From Candidatus Staskawiczbacteria bacterium (GTDB lineage: Bacteria > Patescibacteriota > Minisyncoccia > Minisyncoccales > Staskawiczbacteraceae), in contig CAIMWV010000035.1 of assembly GCA_903845295.1 (NCBI GenBank), forward strand, positions 924-64,923: a stretch of 64,000 nucleotides of DNA. Direction: 5' to 3'. The first letter of the stretch is position 1. Every line of letters begins with the position of its first letter. The notes under the pieces are model-generated. The model was given only the letters and a program-made list of their open reading frames with translations. It was not told the DNA's origin and made no database searches. Shown piece by piece: positions 56,698 through 63,612 of the stretch. Both the position numbers and the translations under genes were made by a program.

Positions 56698-58362
56698 CTA
56701 TGCTTTACTGCCCCTGTTAAGGGCACTTATAACCGCCTTGATCGAGGCCTGCTCGATGTTCGTATCTACTCCCGCTCCCCAACACATGCTTCCGTCAGGG
56801 AATTGAAGTTTGATATAAGAAATCGCGCTGGCCTCTTGGCCTGCTCCAAGCGCATGTTCAGCTTGATCAAGAACGCGTACATGGCAAATCTTTTCCAGTG
56901 AGCGGACGAATGCATCAATCGGCCCATTACCTTCTCCAGCCAACTGAAGATCCCTGTCTTCAAAAACAACGACTGACTGACAGTGGCATTTGCCAATTCC
57001 TGTGTCGGCCTCTGTATTGGACTGAAAGTGTTCGAGCCAGTAAGGAGCACCGCGCTCAACATATTCTGTCCAAAGCATTGCTTTCAATTCTGCGGATGTG
57101 ACTTCGCGGCCCAGAGCATCGATTTTCTTGCCCGCTATTGCACCGAATTCGCGCAGCATATCCTTAGGCAGATGGAGCCCGCACTCATTTTCCAGAAGCC
57201 ATGCTATGCCTCCCTTGCCAGATTGCCCGTTGACTCTTATCACTTCTTTATATTCCCGGCCGATGTCCCGAGGATCTATGGAAAGATAGGGCACATTCCA
57301 CGGAGCATTCCCGTCTTGGTCTCTTGCCCGCAATCCTTTGCGGATTGCGTCCTGGTGAGAACCGGAAAACGCAGTAAATACCAGCTCTCCGCTGTAAGGC
57401 TGGCGGGGAGGCACTTTCATCCCGGTACAGCGCTCATATATCTCGCGCAAAGAATCGATATCGGAAAAATCCAATTCCGGATCGATTCCCTGGCTGAACA
57501 AATTAAGCGCCACCGTCACAATGTCCAGATTTCCTGTCCGCTCCCCGTTTCCGAAAAGCGTGCCTTCCACGCGCTCTGCGCCTGCAAGCAGTCCAAGTTC
57601 TGTAGCAGCGACTCCTGTCCCGCGGTCATTGTGCGTATGAAGGCTTATGACTGCGCAATCGCGCCGGGACATGTTGCGGCAGAACCACTCGATCTGGTCT
57701 GCATGGACATTCGGAGTTGCCATCTGGACGGTATCGGGCAGATTGAGGATTATTTTATGTTGAGGCGTCGGCCCCCACACATCCATTACCGCCTCGCAAA
57801 CCTCGAGGGAGAAGTCTACCTCAGTCGCCGAAAAACTCTCTGGCGAATATTCAAAGGAAACTTCCGTTCCTTGAAGCCCTGCTGCATACTCCTTGACCCA
57901 CTTTGTCCCCTGCGCCGCCAGATCAACCACTTGCGGCTTCTCAAATCCAAAAACGATCTTGCGCTGAGCCGGCGAAGTAGAGTTGTATAAATGGATGGTC
58001 GCTTTATTTGCGCCAGCCAAAGACTCTGCTGTCCGCCTGATCAGGTCATCTCTAGCCTGCGTGAGAACCTGTATTGTCACGTCGCTCGGGATTAAGCGGC
58101 CTTCAATCAAGCGGCGGGTAAATCCGTATTCTGTGGGAGAAGCGGACGGAAATCCGATTTCAATTTCTTTGAATCCGCACTTGACCAGCATTAGAAACAT
58201 CTCTAGCTTCTGCTCGACGGTCATAGGTACCGCCAGTGCCTGGTTCCCATCGCGCAGATCAACGCTGCACCACCTTGGTGCTTTCGTGGTTGTCCGGCTC
58301 GGCCATTGGCGATCTTTGAGTTGAATGCCGTGAAACTGGATGTATTTGCCTGTCGGGTTCAT
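56698..58362 (-). CDS. leuA: 2-isopropylmalate synthase, long form with C-terminal LeuA allosteric/dimerisation domain
   Basis: HMGL-like TIM barrel (RDGNQAL...HTHNDRGTG) and C-terminal LeuA-dimer region. The gene is visibly more GC-rich than its neighbours and the GC-rich stretch contains many spurious overlapping ORFs on both strands in the ORF track. Confidence 0.9.
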   Translation of the reverse strand: MNPTGKYIQFHGIQLKDRQWPSRTTTKAPRWCSVDLRDGNQALAVPMTVEQKLEMFLMLVKCGFKEIEIGFPSASPTEYGFTRRLIEGRLIPSDVTIQVLTQARDDLIRRTAESLAGANKATIHLYNSTSPAQRKIVFGFEKPQVVDLAAQGTKWVKEYAAGLQGTEVSFEYSPESFSATEVDFSLEVCEAVMDVWGPTPQHKIILNLPDTVQMATPNVHADQIEWFCRNMSRRDCAVISLHTHNDRGTGVAATELGLLAGAERVEGTLFGNGERTGNLDIVTVALNLFSQGIDPELDFSDIDSLREIYERCTGMKVPPRQPYSGELVFTAFSGSHQDAIRKGLRARDQDGNAPWNVPYLSIDPRDIGREYKEVIRVNGQSGKGGIAWLLENECGLHLPKDMLREFGAIAGKKIDALGREVTSAELKAMLWTEYVERGAPYWLEHFQSNTEADTGIGKCHCQSVVVFEDRDLQLAGEGNGPIDAFVRSLEKICHVRVLDQAEHALGAGQEASAISYIKLQFPDGSMCWGAGVDTNIEQASIKAVISALNRGSKA

Positions 58363-58471
58363 GGCGAAATCCTTTCATTCGATCGGGTTGTTTGCCACAC
58401 TAAGATTGTAAAGGTGCTATCCCTTACACTCACGCCAAAATTTTCAAAAACTTTGGCGTGAGTGTAAAAAT

Positions 58472-58496
58472 CAAAAATCCTCCATCAGGAGGATTT
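58472..58496 (-). terminator. Attenuator terminator in the leuA leader (AATCCTCC-TGAT-GGAGGATT + UUUUUGAUUUUU on the minus strand)
   Basis: 8-bp stem followed by a U-tract on the leuA-sense strand. About 25 nt downstream of the leader peptide stop and 110 nt upstream of the leuA ATG. Confidence 0.5.
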
Positions 58497-58519
58497 TTGA
58501 TATAGAATTTATATTTGAT

Positions 58520-58621
58520 TTATATTCTTTTATCTTTATCAAAAACCTCCTGGCTTACCAAAAGCAGGCTTAACAACAAATTCAGCTGGAGGTTTAATTT
58601 TTTATCGCCTATATTTTGCAT
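58520..58621 (-). CDS. Leu-rich leader peptide (33 aa: MQNIGDKKLNLQLNLLLSLLLVSQEVFDKDKRI), probably leaderless or near-leaderless, upstream of leuA
   Basis: Manual translation of the minus strand. 9 Leu in a 14-residue stretch. The ATG lies about 7 nt after the -10 AATAAT of a TTGACA-N17-AATAAT promoter (58629-58657). Confidence 0.45.
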   Translation of the reverse strand: MQNIGDKKLNLQLNLLLSLLLVSQEVFDKDKRI

Positions 58622-58663
58622 ATGATGTATTATTGCAAAAACAAGTTATTCTGTCAACACCTT

Positions 58664-58676
58664 ATTGTCGCACAAT
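58664..58676. repeat. Copy g of the 13-bp palindromic motif (ATTGTCGCACAAT, perfect)
   Basis: 13 bp after the Clp-like gene stop and 7 bp upstream of the -35 box of the leuA-leader promoter. Confidence 0.7.
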
Positions 58677-58692
58677 AAAATAAAACACAATG

Positions 58693-61305
58693 CTAACCTT
58701 GCTTAGCCGGATTTACAATCAACTCAAAATTTTCCGGGTTGACTTCAATTTTATCCCCTTTTTTTATCTTATCGGATAAGAAAGCTTCTGCAACGGCATT
58801 TTCCACTTTATCCTGGATGACTCTTCTCATTTCTCTGGCGCCGAATTCCGGCTTGTAAGACAATTCAACGATCTTTTCTTTCAAAGGCTCGGTAATTTTT
58901 AAATCGATGTCTTTTTCTTTCAAATTTTTCTGGAGCGCCGATAAAGACAATTGAGCTATCTGCATTAAATTATCTTTTGTCAGGGGATGGAAAATTACAG
59001 TGGCATCAAAACGGTTTACAAATTCCGGCCTGAAAATATTTTTTTCGAAGATGGCATTCAATAATTTATCTTTTTCCAACGCCTGGTTGGATTCCACCTG
59101 TTTAAAAATCATGTCTGCGCCGGCATTTGATGTGCATATGATTATCGTGTTTGCAAAAACAACCTTCCTGCCCTGGCCGTCTGTTATGTGCCCCTCATCT
59201 AAAACTTGCAAAAAGAGATTTAAGATATTCGGATGGGCTTTTTCAATTTCATCCAGCAAAATGAGGGAAAACGGAGTTTCCCTGACAGGAGTCGTCAAAA
59301 GCCCTTGCATTTCTACGGGCGAAGTAGCTCCGATCAGCCTTGGGATATCTGAAATCGCCTGGAACTCTGACATATCGAGAGTTATCATTTTCTTTTCTGA
59401 ACCGAAATAAATTTGGGCCAGCGCTTTTGCGGTCTCGGTTTTTCCGACACCGGTAGGACCTAAAAATAAGAATGTCCCCATGGGCCTGGTTTTTGAGCTG
59501 ATTCCCATCCTTGCCCTCCTCATGGCGATTGATATTTCTTTTACTGCTTCTTCTTGGTTTACAATTCTGCTGTGAATCAGATTTTCTAAATTAAGCAAAA
59601 CTTCTTTTTCTTTAACTGCCATTTTACCGACTGGTATATTGGTTTTTTTAGAAACAATTTCAGCTATGTGGTGGGGCAAAACAACTTTTTCTTTTAACTT
59701 TTGCACATAAACAGCCGATTCGTCTAAAACATCCAGGGCTTTTTTAGGAAAAGGCAAAGAAGGCATATACCGCGCGGTCAAATTTACGATCTCGCGGATG
59801 GCCGGATACAACACCAAAATTTTGTGCGCATATTCTAATTCTAAAGCAGCTGATTGCAAAATATTTATTGTTTCCGCTTCGGTAACCTCCGAAACCTCAA
59901 CCTTTTCAAATAAATTTGCAAAGGAAGGATTCTCTTCTATATTTTTATGGAGTCCCTCATACGATGTTATGCCAATGAATTGGAAACTGGGTATCGGCAG
60001 GTACTTTGAAAGCATCCCGGATATGTCAAAAGCTCCTGCTTTTTGTACTTTTTGCCCGACAAAATTTTCAAGGTCATCAATGACTAAAATTACGTTCCCC
60101 GACGAAGCAACCTCCGCAAACATCTGGTCTAAAGCAGATTCCAATTTTTCAAAATCCGGTATTCGCGCGGCCAACAAAACAGCATCGAGCTCTACTACTC
60201 TTTTGTTATTTAATTGAGGCAAAGACATCCCTAAATAACATCTTTGGGCAAGAGCTTGGATTATACTTTTTCTGCCGGTTCCGGCATCTCCGACAATCAA
60301 AACATTGGCCAGACTGGATTTAGCCAAAATCACCTCGGTCTCCTCTATTTCTTTTTCATGGCCTATGATTTCCCTGAATTTCCATTTTGAAACAATTTTT
60401 TTCCAGTCAACAGAAAATTTGTCTAGAGTTATGGTATATCCGGATGAAAAATTTTTGCCCAAAGACCCTTTTCTCAATAAATTTTCGTATGTCCAAAATT
60501 TTCTGTTCTTTTCCATCAGATCTTCTGCGGAGTCTATCCATAAGGTTAAATCCTTGACATCTTCCGGCTTTAAATTAAAATCAACCAAAGTTTTTTTGAA
60601 AAAATCGTCTTCTGATGCTAGGGCAACTAAAATTTCCTTTTCCCCGATACTACAGTGCTGTCTGTCGGTTGAAACTTTAAGCGCAAGCTCTATTGTTTTT
60701 TGAAAGTCGTCTGAAAATGAATCCCCGGCAATATCCTGTTTTTGCATTTTTTCCAAATAATTTTTTATGTCAGCCTGCAACTTTTTAGGATTCAACCCCA
60801 ACCGTATGCAAATTAAGTTTATATCTTTGCTAAATTTTACAGCAGAATAAAAGAGCGAAGTTGAATTAATTGGAACTCTCTTCTTTTTACAAAAATCAAT
60901 TGAATCTAAAACAATTTTCGCTGCCTCAAAATTTAAAAATTCTGCCAGATTATAACTGGCTGGATGTGCGGCTGCATTCAAAATATCTATTTTATTTTCC
61001 GGCTTTTTAATTTTCAGTTCTGTAAACAAATCAATGTTCCAAAAAATAAGATAAAGAGACAGGAACAAAGCCAGCGTTTTTGCTGCAGAATATCCGGAAG
61101 TAAGATTTAAGAAAGAAAATCCTACAAGCAAAAATGCAATCAGAAACAGAATCAAAAAAACATTCTTTAAAATTTTGGCAAACTTAAATAAGGGAAAATT
61201 TTCCCTTCTTACTGCCTTAAAAATCTCTGTATTTTCTAAAGCAAAATTAAATGGCATACACTTAGTCCTATTGTTTAATAAAAAAATAAAATCCCGCTGT
61301 TGCAA
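58693..61305 (-). CDS. ClpA/ClpB/ClpC-family AAA+ ATPase with an N-terminal membrane anchor and a degenerate first Walker A
   Basis: Two N-terminal TM helices. Clp_N-like repeats. D1 GDAGTGRKS is non-canonical. D2 is canonical (GPTGVGKTETAKALA, sensor and Arg-finger regions, ClpB_D2-small). Confidence 0.7.
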   Translation of the reverse strand: MQQRDFIFLLNNRTKCMPFNFALENTEIFKAVRRENFPLFKFAKILKNVFLILFLIAFLLVGFSFLNLTSGYSAAKTLALFLSLYLIFWNIDLFTELKIKKPENKIDILNAAAHPASYNLAEFLNFEAAKIVLDSIDFCKKKRVPINSTSLFYSAVKFSKDINLICIRLGLNPKKLQADIKNYLEKMQKQDIAGDSFSDDFQKTIELALKVSTDRQHCSIGEKEILVALASEDDFFKKTLVDFNLKPEDVKDLTLWIDSAEDLMEKNRKFWTYENLLRKGSLGKNFSSGYTITLDKFSVDWKKIVSKWKFREIIGHEKEIEETEVILAKSSLANVLIVGDAGTGRKSIIQALAQRCYLGMSLPQLNNKRVVELDAVLLAARIPDFEKLESALDQMFAEVASSGNVILVIDDLENFVGQKVQKAGAFDISGMLSKYLPIPSFQFIGITSYEGLHKNIEENPSFANLFEKVEVSEVTEAETINILQSAALELEYAHKILVLYPAIREIVNLTARYMPSLPFPKKALDVLDESAVYVQKLKEKVVLPHHIAEIVSKKTNIPVGKMAVKEKEVLLNLENLIHSRIVNQEEAVKEISIAMRRARMGISSKTRPMGTFLFLGPTGVGKTETAKALAQIYFGSEKKMITLDMSEFQAISDIPRLIGATSPVEMQGLLTTPVRETPFSLILLDEIEKAHPNILNLFLQVLDEGHITDGQGRKVVFANTIIICTSNAGADMIFKQVESNQALEKDKLLNAIFEKNIFRPEFVNRFDATVIFHPLTKDNLMQIAQLSLSALQKNLKEKDIDLKITEPLKEKIVELSYKPEFGAREMRRVIQDKVENAVAEAFLSDKIKKGDKIEVNPENFELIVNPAKQG

Positions 61306-61678
61306 TAAATGGAATCAATATCCATAACAAAAAAAATATCAGCCCGGCAAAAATAACAAAAATTTGGAAAAAAATTCCGACTGCAATTAAGATAATCCTG
61401 ACTAAGGCTCCTAAAATTCTGGAAATTGCATTTGAAATAAGGGTGCTAAAAAATTCTCCAACATCAAATCCTTTAGGATAATTCCATTTATATTTGCGCC
61501 ACGGAGCAAAAAGCGATTTTAATAAGAGTGGAACTGAAAAATAATTTAGGGCAAATAAAATATAGTTTTTCCAAACTCCCAGTAAAAATTTCGGCATTTC
61601 ATAAAAATGCCAAAATAACCACACTACAAAAATATTTTTCTGCCCGCCGGCAGACATAGTTTTCTCTGCGATTTCCAT
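61268..61678 (-). CDS. Hypothetical polytopic small membrane protein
   Basis: 136 aa, 3-4 predicted TM helices, no motif recognised. Confidence 0.4.
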   Translation of the reverse strand: MEIAEKTMSAGGQKNIFVVWLFWHFYEMPKFLLGVWKNYILFALNYFSVPLLLKSLFAPWRKYKWNYPKGFDVGEFFSTLISNAISRILGALVRIILIAVGIFFQIFVIFAGLIFFLLWILIPFIATAGFYFFIKQ

Positions 61679-61679
61679 A

Positions 61680-62006
61680 TTATTTAATTAATTTTACACC
61701 AATTTCAGCAATCTTGCCACCGCCATAAATCAAAATCCATATTAAAAGCAGCCAAGTCACGAGGTTCAAAGTATTATCTATAAAATCAACTGGCAAAACT
61801 TTTATCAAAGCGTTTTGAATTTGCCCTTGGATATCAAGAGCGCTCACGTTTTGATTTACTTTTAGGGAAGTTGGCCTCACAAAAACCTGCGCTGGCATTG
61901 CCTTACCTGTAAAAATTCCATAAGTCTGCCATAACGGCAAAACTATTAACAAAACCCCGATAATTAACAAAATGTAACCTACAATTTTATTTGAACTCAT
62001 TGTCAT
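61680..62006 (-). CDS. Hypothetical small membrane protein (2 TM)
   Basis: 108 aa. Hydrophobic N- and C-terminal helices. Confidence 0.4.
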   Translation of the reverse strand: MTMSSNKIVGYILLIIGVLLIVLPLWQTYGIFTGKAMPAQVFVRPTSLKVNQNVSALDIQGQIQNALIKVLPVDFIDNTLNLVTWLLLIWILIYGGGKIAEIGVKLIK

Positions 62007-62385
62007 TTAATAACTCCTGGCGGATGTCTTCGGGGATTGGTATTTCCTCACCGGGTTTCGAAATCCCCGGATACCGCCAGGCGCTAATTATTTTTCGAAC
62101 CTGCCCTGAGCCGTGCCGAAGGGATTCTTTTACGTCTTTATACATTAACCAAATTTCTCCCGGGGCTTTTTTCGGCCTTTGCCAAGCCTTAGACAGGCTT
62201 ATTTGCTTTGTTTTGAAATAAACTTTGTTTGTTTTCATCGCGGCTAAGGTTCCAAGCACAATCCCCTTTTCTTTCCGTTCCGGCCTGTAAAGTATGCCCA
62301 GCAACTTTTGTTTCGAAAGCCCGTACTGTTTCATTTTTATTTTAGAATGTTCGGTCCAAAAAAGTTTTCTAAAATTACCGGCCAT
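61987..62385 (-). CDS. Hypothetical basic protein
   Basis: 132 aa, K/R-rich, no recognised domain. Confidence 0.35.
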   Translation of the reverse strand: MAGNFRKLFWTEHSKIKMKQYGLSKQKLLGILYRPERKEKGIVLGTLAAMKTNKVYFKTKQISLSKAWQRPKKAPGEIWLMYKDVKESLRHGSGQVRKIISAWRYPGISKPGEEIPIPEDIRQELLNDNEFK

Positions 62386-62735
62386 CAGTTCACTATTTTA
62401 ACTTTGTTTAAATCAAAGACCTCCTTTACTTCAATAACTACTGCATTTCTAACCTTATATTCTTTATTTTTCTGAACGCACATCTCAAAATATTTCCCCG
62501 AAGAAAAAATCTCAACATGACCTTTAATTCTAAAATACCCTCCAATAACGCAAATCCGGGGATTTTCTTTAAGGTTTTTAATCGCAGTCACCATTTGGCA
62601 ATCTGCAATCAATAATTTATCATGAAAAAAACCTAACGAAATTACAACATTCGCATTGGGATTTCCGCTCCGCGATGATGTGGCTAAAACTAATTCTTTG
62701 CCTTCTTTAAAATTATTTTTCCAGTTTATTGTCAT
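62385..62735 (-). CDS. Pyridoxamine 5'-phosphate oxidase-like FMN-binding split-barrel family protein
   Basis: 116 aa. Pattern VLATSSRSGNPNANVVISLGF...RICVIGGYFRIKGHVEI is typical of the PNPOx-like fold. Confidence 0.55.
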   Translation of the reverse strand: MTINWKNNFKEGKELVLATSSRSGNPNANVVISLGFFHDKLLIADCQMVTAIKNLKENPRICVIGGYFRIKGHVEIFSSGKYFEMCVQKNKEYKVRNAVVIEVKEVFDLNKVKIVN

Positions 62736-62846
62736 AAAAATTTGTGGGCGCGTGTGGACTCGAAAAGTTGCCCGAAGGCATCGCCTCCTCGCTTCGCTCG
62801 TCGCGATTCAGGGAGTCCCGCTTTGCGGGACGACCTCACCGACTTG

Positions 62847-62953
62847 CCCCGTTAGATATTTTTGTGGGCATTATAGGGGTCGAACCTATGGCCTTTCCGA
62901 TGTGAACGGAACGCTCTACCGCTGAGCTAAATGCCCATAGATATCTAACGGGG
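62847..62953. repeat. Inverted-repeat element E3: 13-bp perfect arms CCCCGTTAGATAT / ATATCTAACGGGG that enclose tRNA-Val
   Basis: Perfect inverted repeat. Same CCCGTTAGA core as E1 and E2. Confidence 0.55.
62865..62936 (-). tRNA. tRNA-Val (anticodon CAC)
   Basis: Acceptor GGGCATT/AATGCCC, D-arm GCTC-AGCGGTA-GAGC, anticodon stem TTCCG/CGGAA with loop TTCACAT, T-arm ATAGG-TTCGACC-CCTAT, discriminator A. Confidence 0.9.
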
Positions 62954-62961
62954 TGAATGAA

Positions 62962-62993
62962 CGGTGCGCTCTAACCAGCTGAGCTACGTGCCC
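62962..62993 (-). pseudogene. tRNA 5' half (acceptor + D-arm + 5' strand of anticodon stem: GGGCACGTAGCTCAGCTGGTTAGAGCGCACCG) with no contiguous 3' half
   Basis: Canonical acceptor and D-arm sequence. The complementary anticodon-stem strand CGGTG occurs only about 150 nt downstream, after the inverted-repeat-flanked tRNA-Val, at 62805-62809. Confidence 0.5.
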
Positions 62994-63069
62994 TTTATCC
63001 TATTAAAGAATTTTACCACTTTTGCAACAAAAAATCACGCTTTGCGCAGCGCGATTCTGGCTGTTTTCC

Positions 63070-63543
63070 CTATTCCTCGGGAAAACCAATAACTTGTATT
63101 TTCGGATATTTTTCTAATTCTTTCTGTTTTTCCGCAACGCGCTCAGAAAGAGTCAGGATGAAAATTTTGTCAAAACCAATGTAGGCAGTTAAGACAAAAA
63201 CATCTCCATTGATGTGGCAAAGCACTGATCCGATGTCTAGCACCGGAATAATTACCGTTGCCACAATTCCACGCGCCGCAAGTAAATCCTGAAGCAGCTC
63301 CTGATTCATTTCCAAGACATCTCTCGCCAATTGGCGCTCTTTAAGACTCTGAGTTTCTCTGCCGAGAGGACCGTGTTTTCCGGTCGGAAAACCTGCATTC
63401 TTGAATGCTTGGTTTATATTGACACCGCCGCCCACGAGAATGACAGTAAAATTGTGTGCAGCAACTTCTCTTAGCCACTCAATTACGTCTGCTCTGTCCA
63501 CCAAATCGCCTGAAATCTTCACCAGCGCTGTTGGTCTGGCCAT
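63070..63543 (-). CDS. Short amino-acid-kinase-fold protein (N-lobe-like; PyrH / isopentenyl-phosphate-kinase-like glycine-rich motifs)
   Basis: ALVKISGDLV...FTVILVGGGVNINQAFK resembles the KxSGE...GGG(N) amino-acid-kinase N-lobe. At 157 aa it is too short for a canonical kinase. Confidence 0.4.
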   Translation of the reverse strand: MARPTALVKISGDLVDRADVIEWLREVAAHNFTVILVGGGVNINQAFKNAGFPTGKHGPLGRETQSLKERQLARDVLEMNQELLQDLLAARGIVATVIIPVLDIGSVLCHINGDVFVLTAYIGFDKIFILTLSERVAEKQKELEKYPKIQVIGFPEE

Positions 63544-63612
63544 GTGCTGACCTCCGAAAGTTAGAAAAAAGGACTAAATATAAATTAACAAAAAATTATA
63601 AAAATGTCAACG

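Noticed and set aside
56983-57990. 335-aa plus-strand ORF and other long ORFs overlapping leuA
   Set aside because: High GC content suppresses stop codons. The leuA frame on the minus strand carries all the conserved motifs, so the others are spurious.
62866-62936. Whole 62740-62995 region as a two-piece or permuted tmRNA
   Set aside because: The 5' piece has a genuine D-stem, which tmRNA lacks. No tag reading frame ending in hydrophobic residues plus stop was found, and no T-arm closes the acceptor stem convincingly.
9333-62953. Inverted-repeat elements read as integron attC sites
   Set aside because: The arms do contain GTTRRRY / RYYYAAC-like strings, but in the reverse order (GTTAGA at the 5' arm, TCTAAC at the 3' arm). 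No intI integrase or attI is present.
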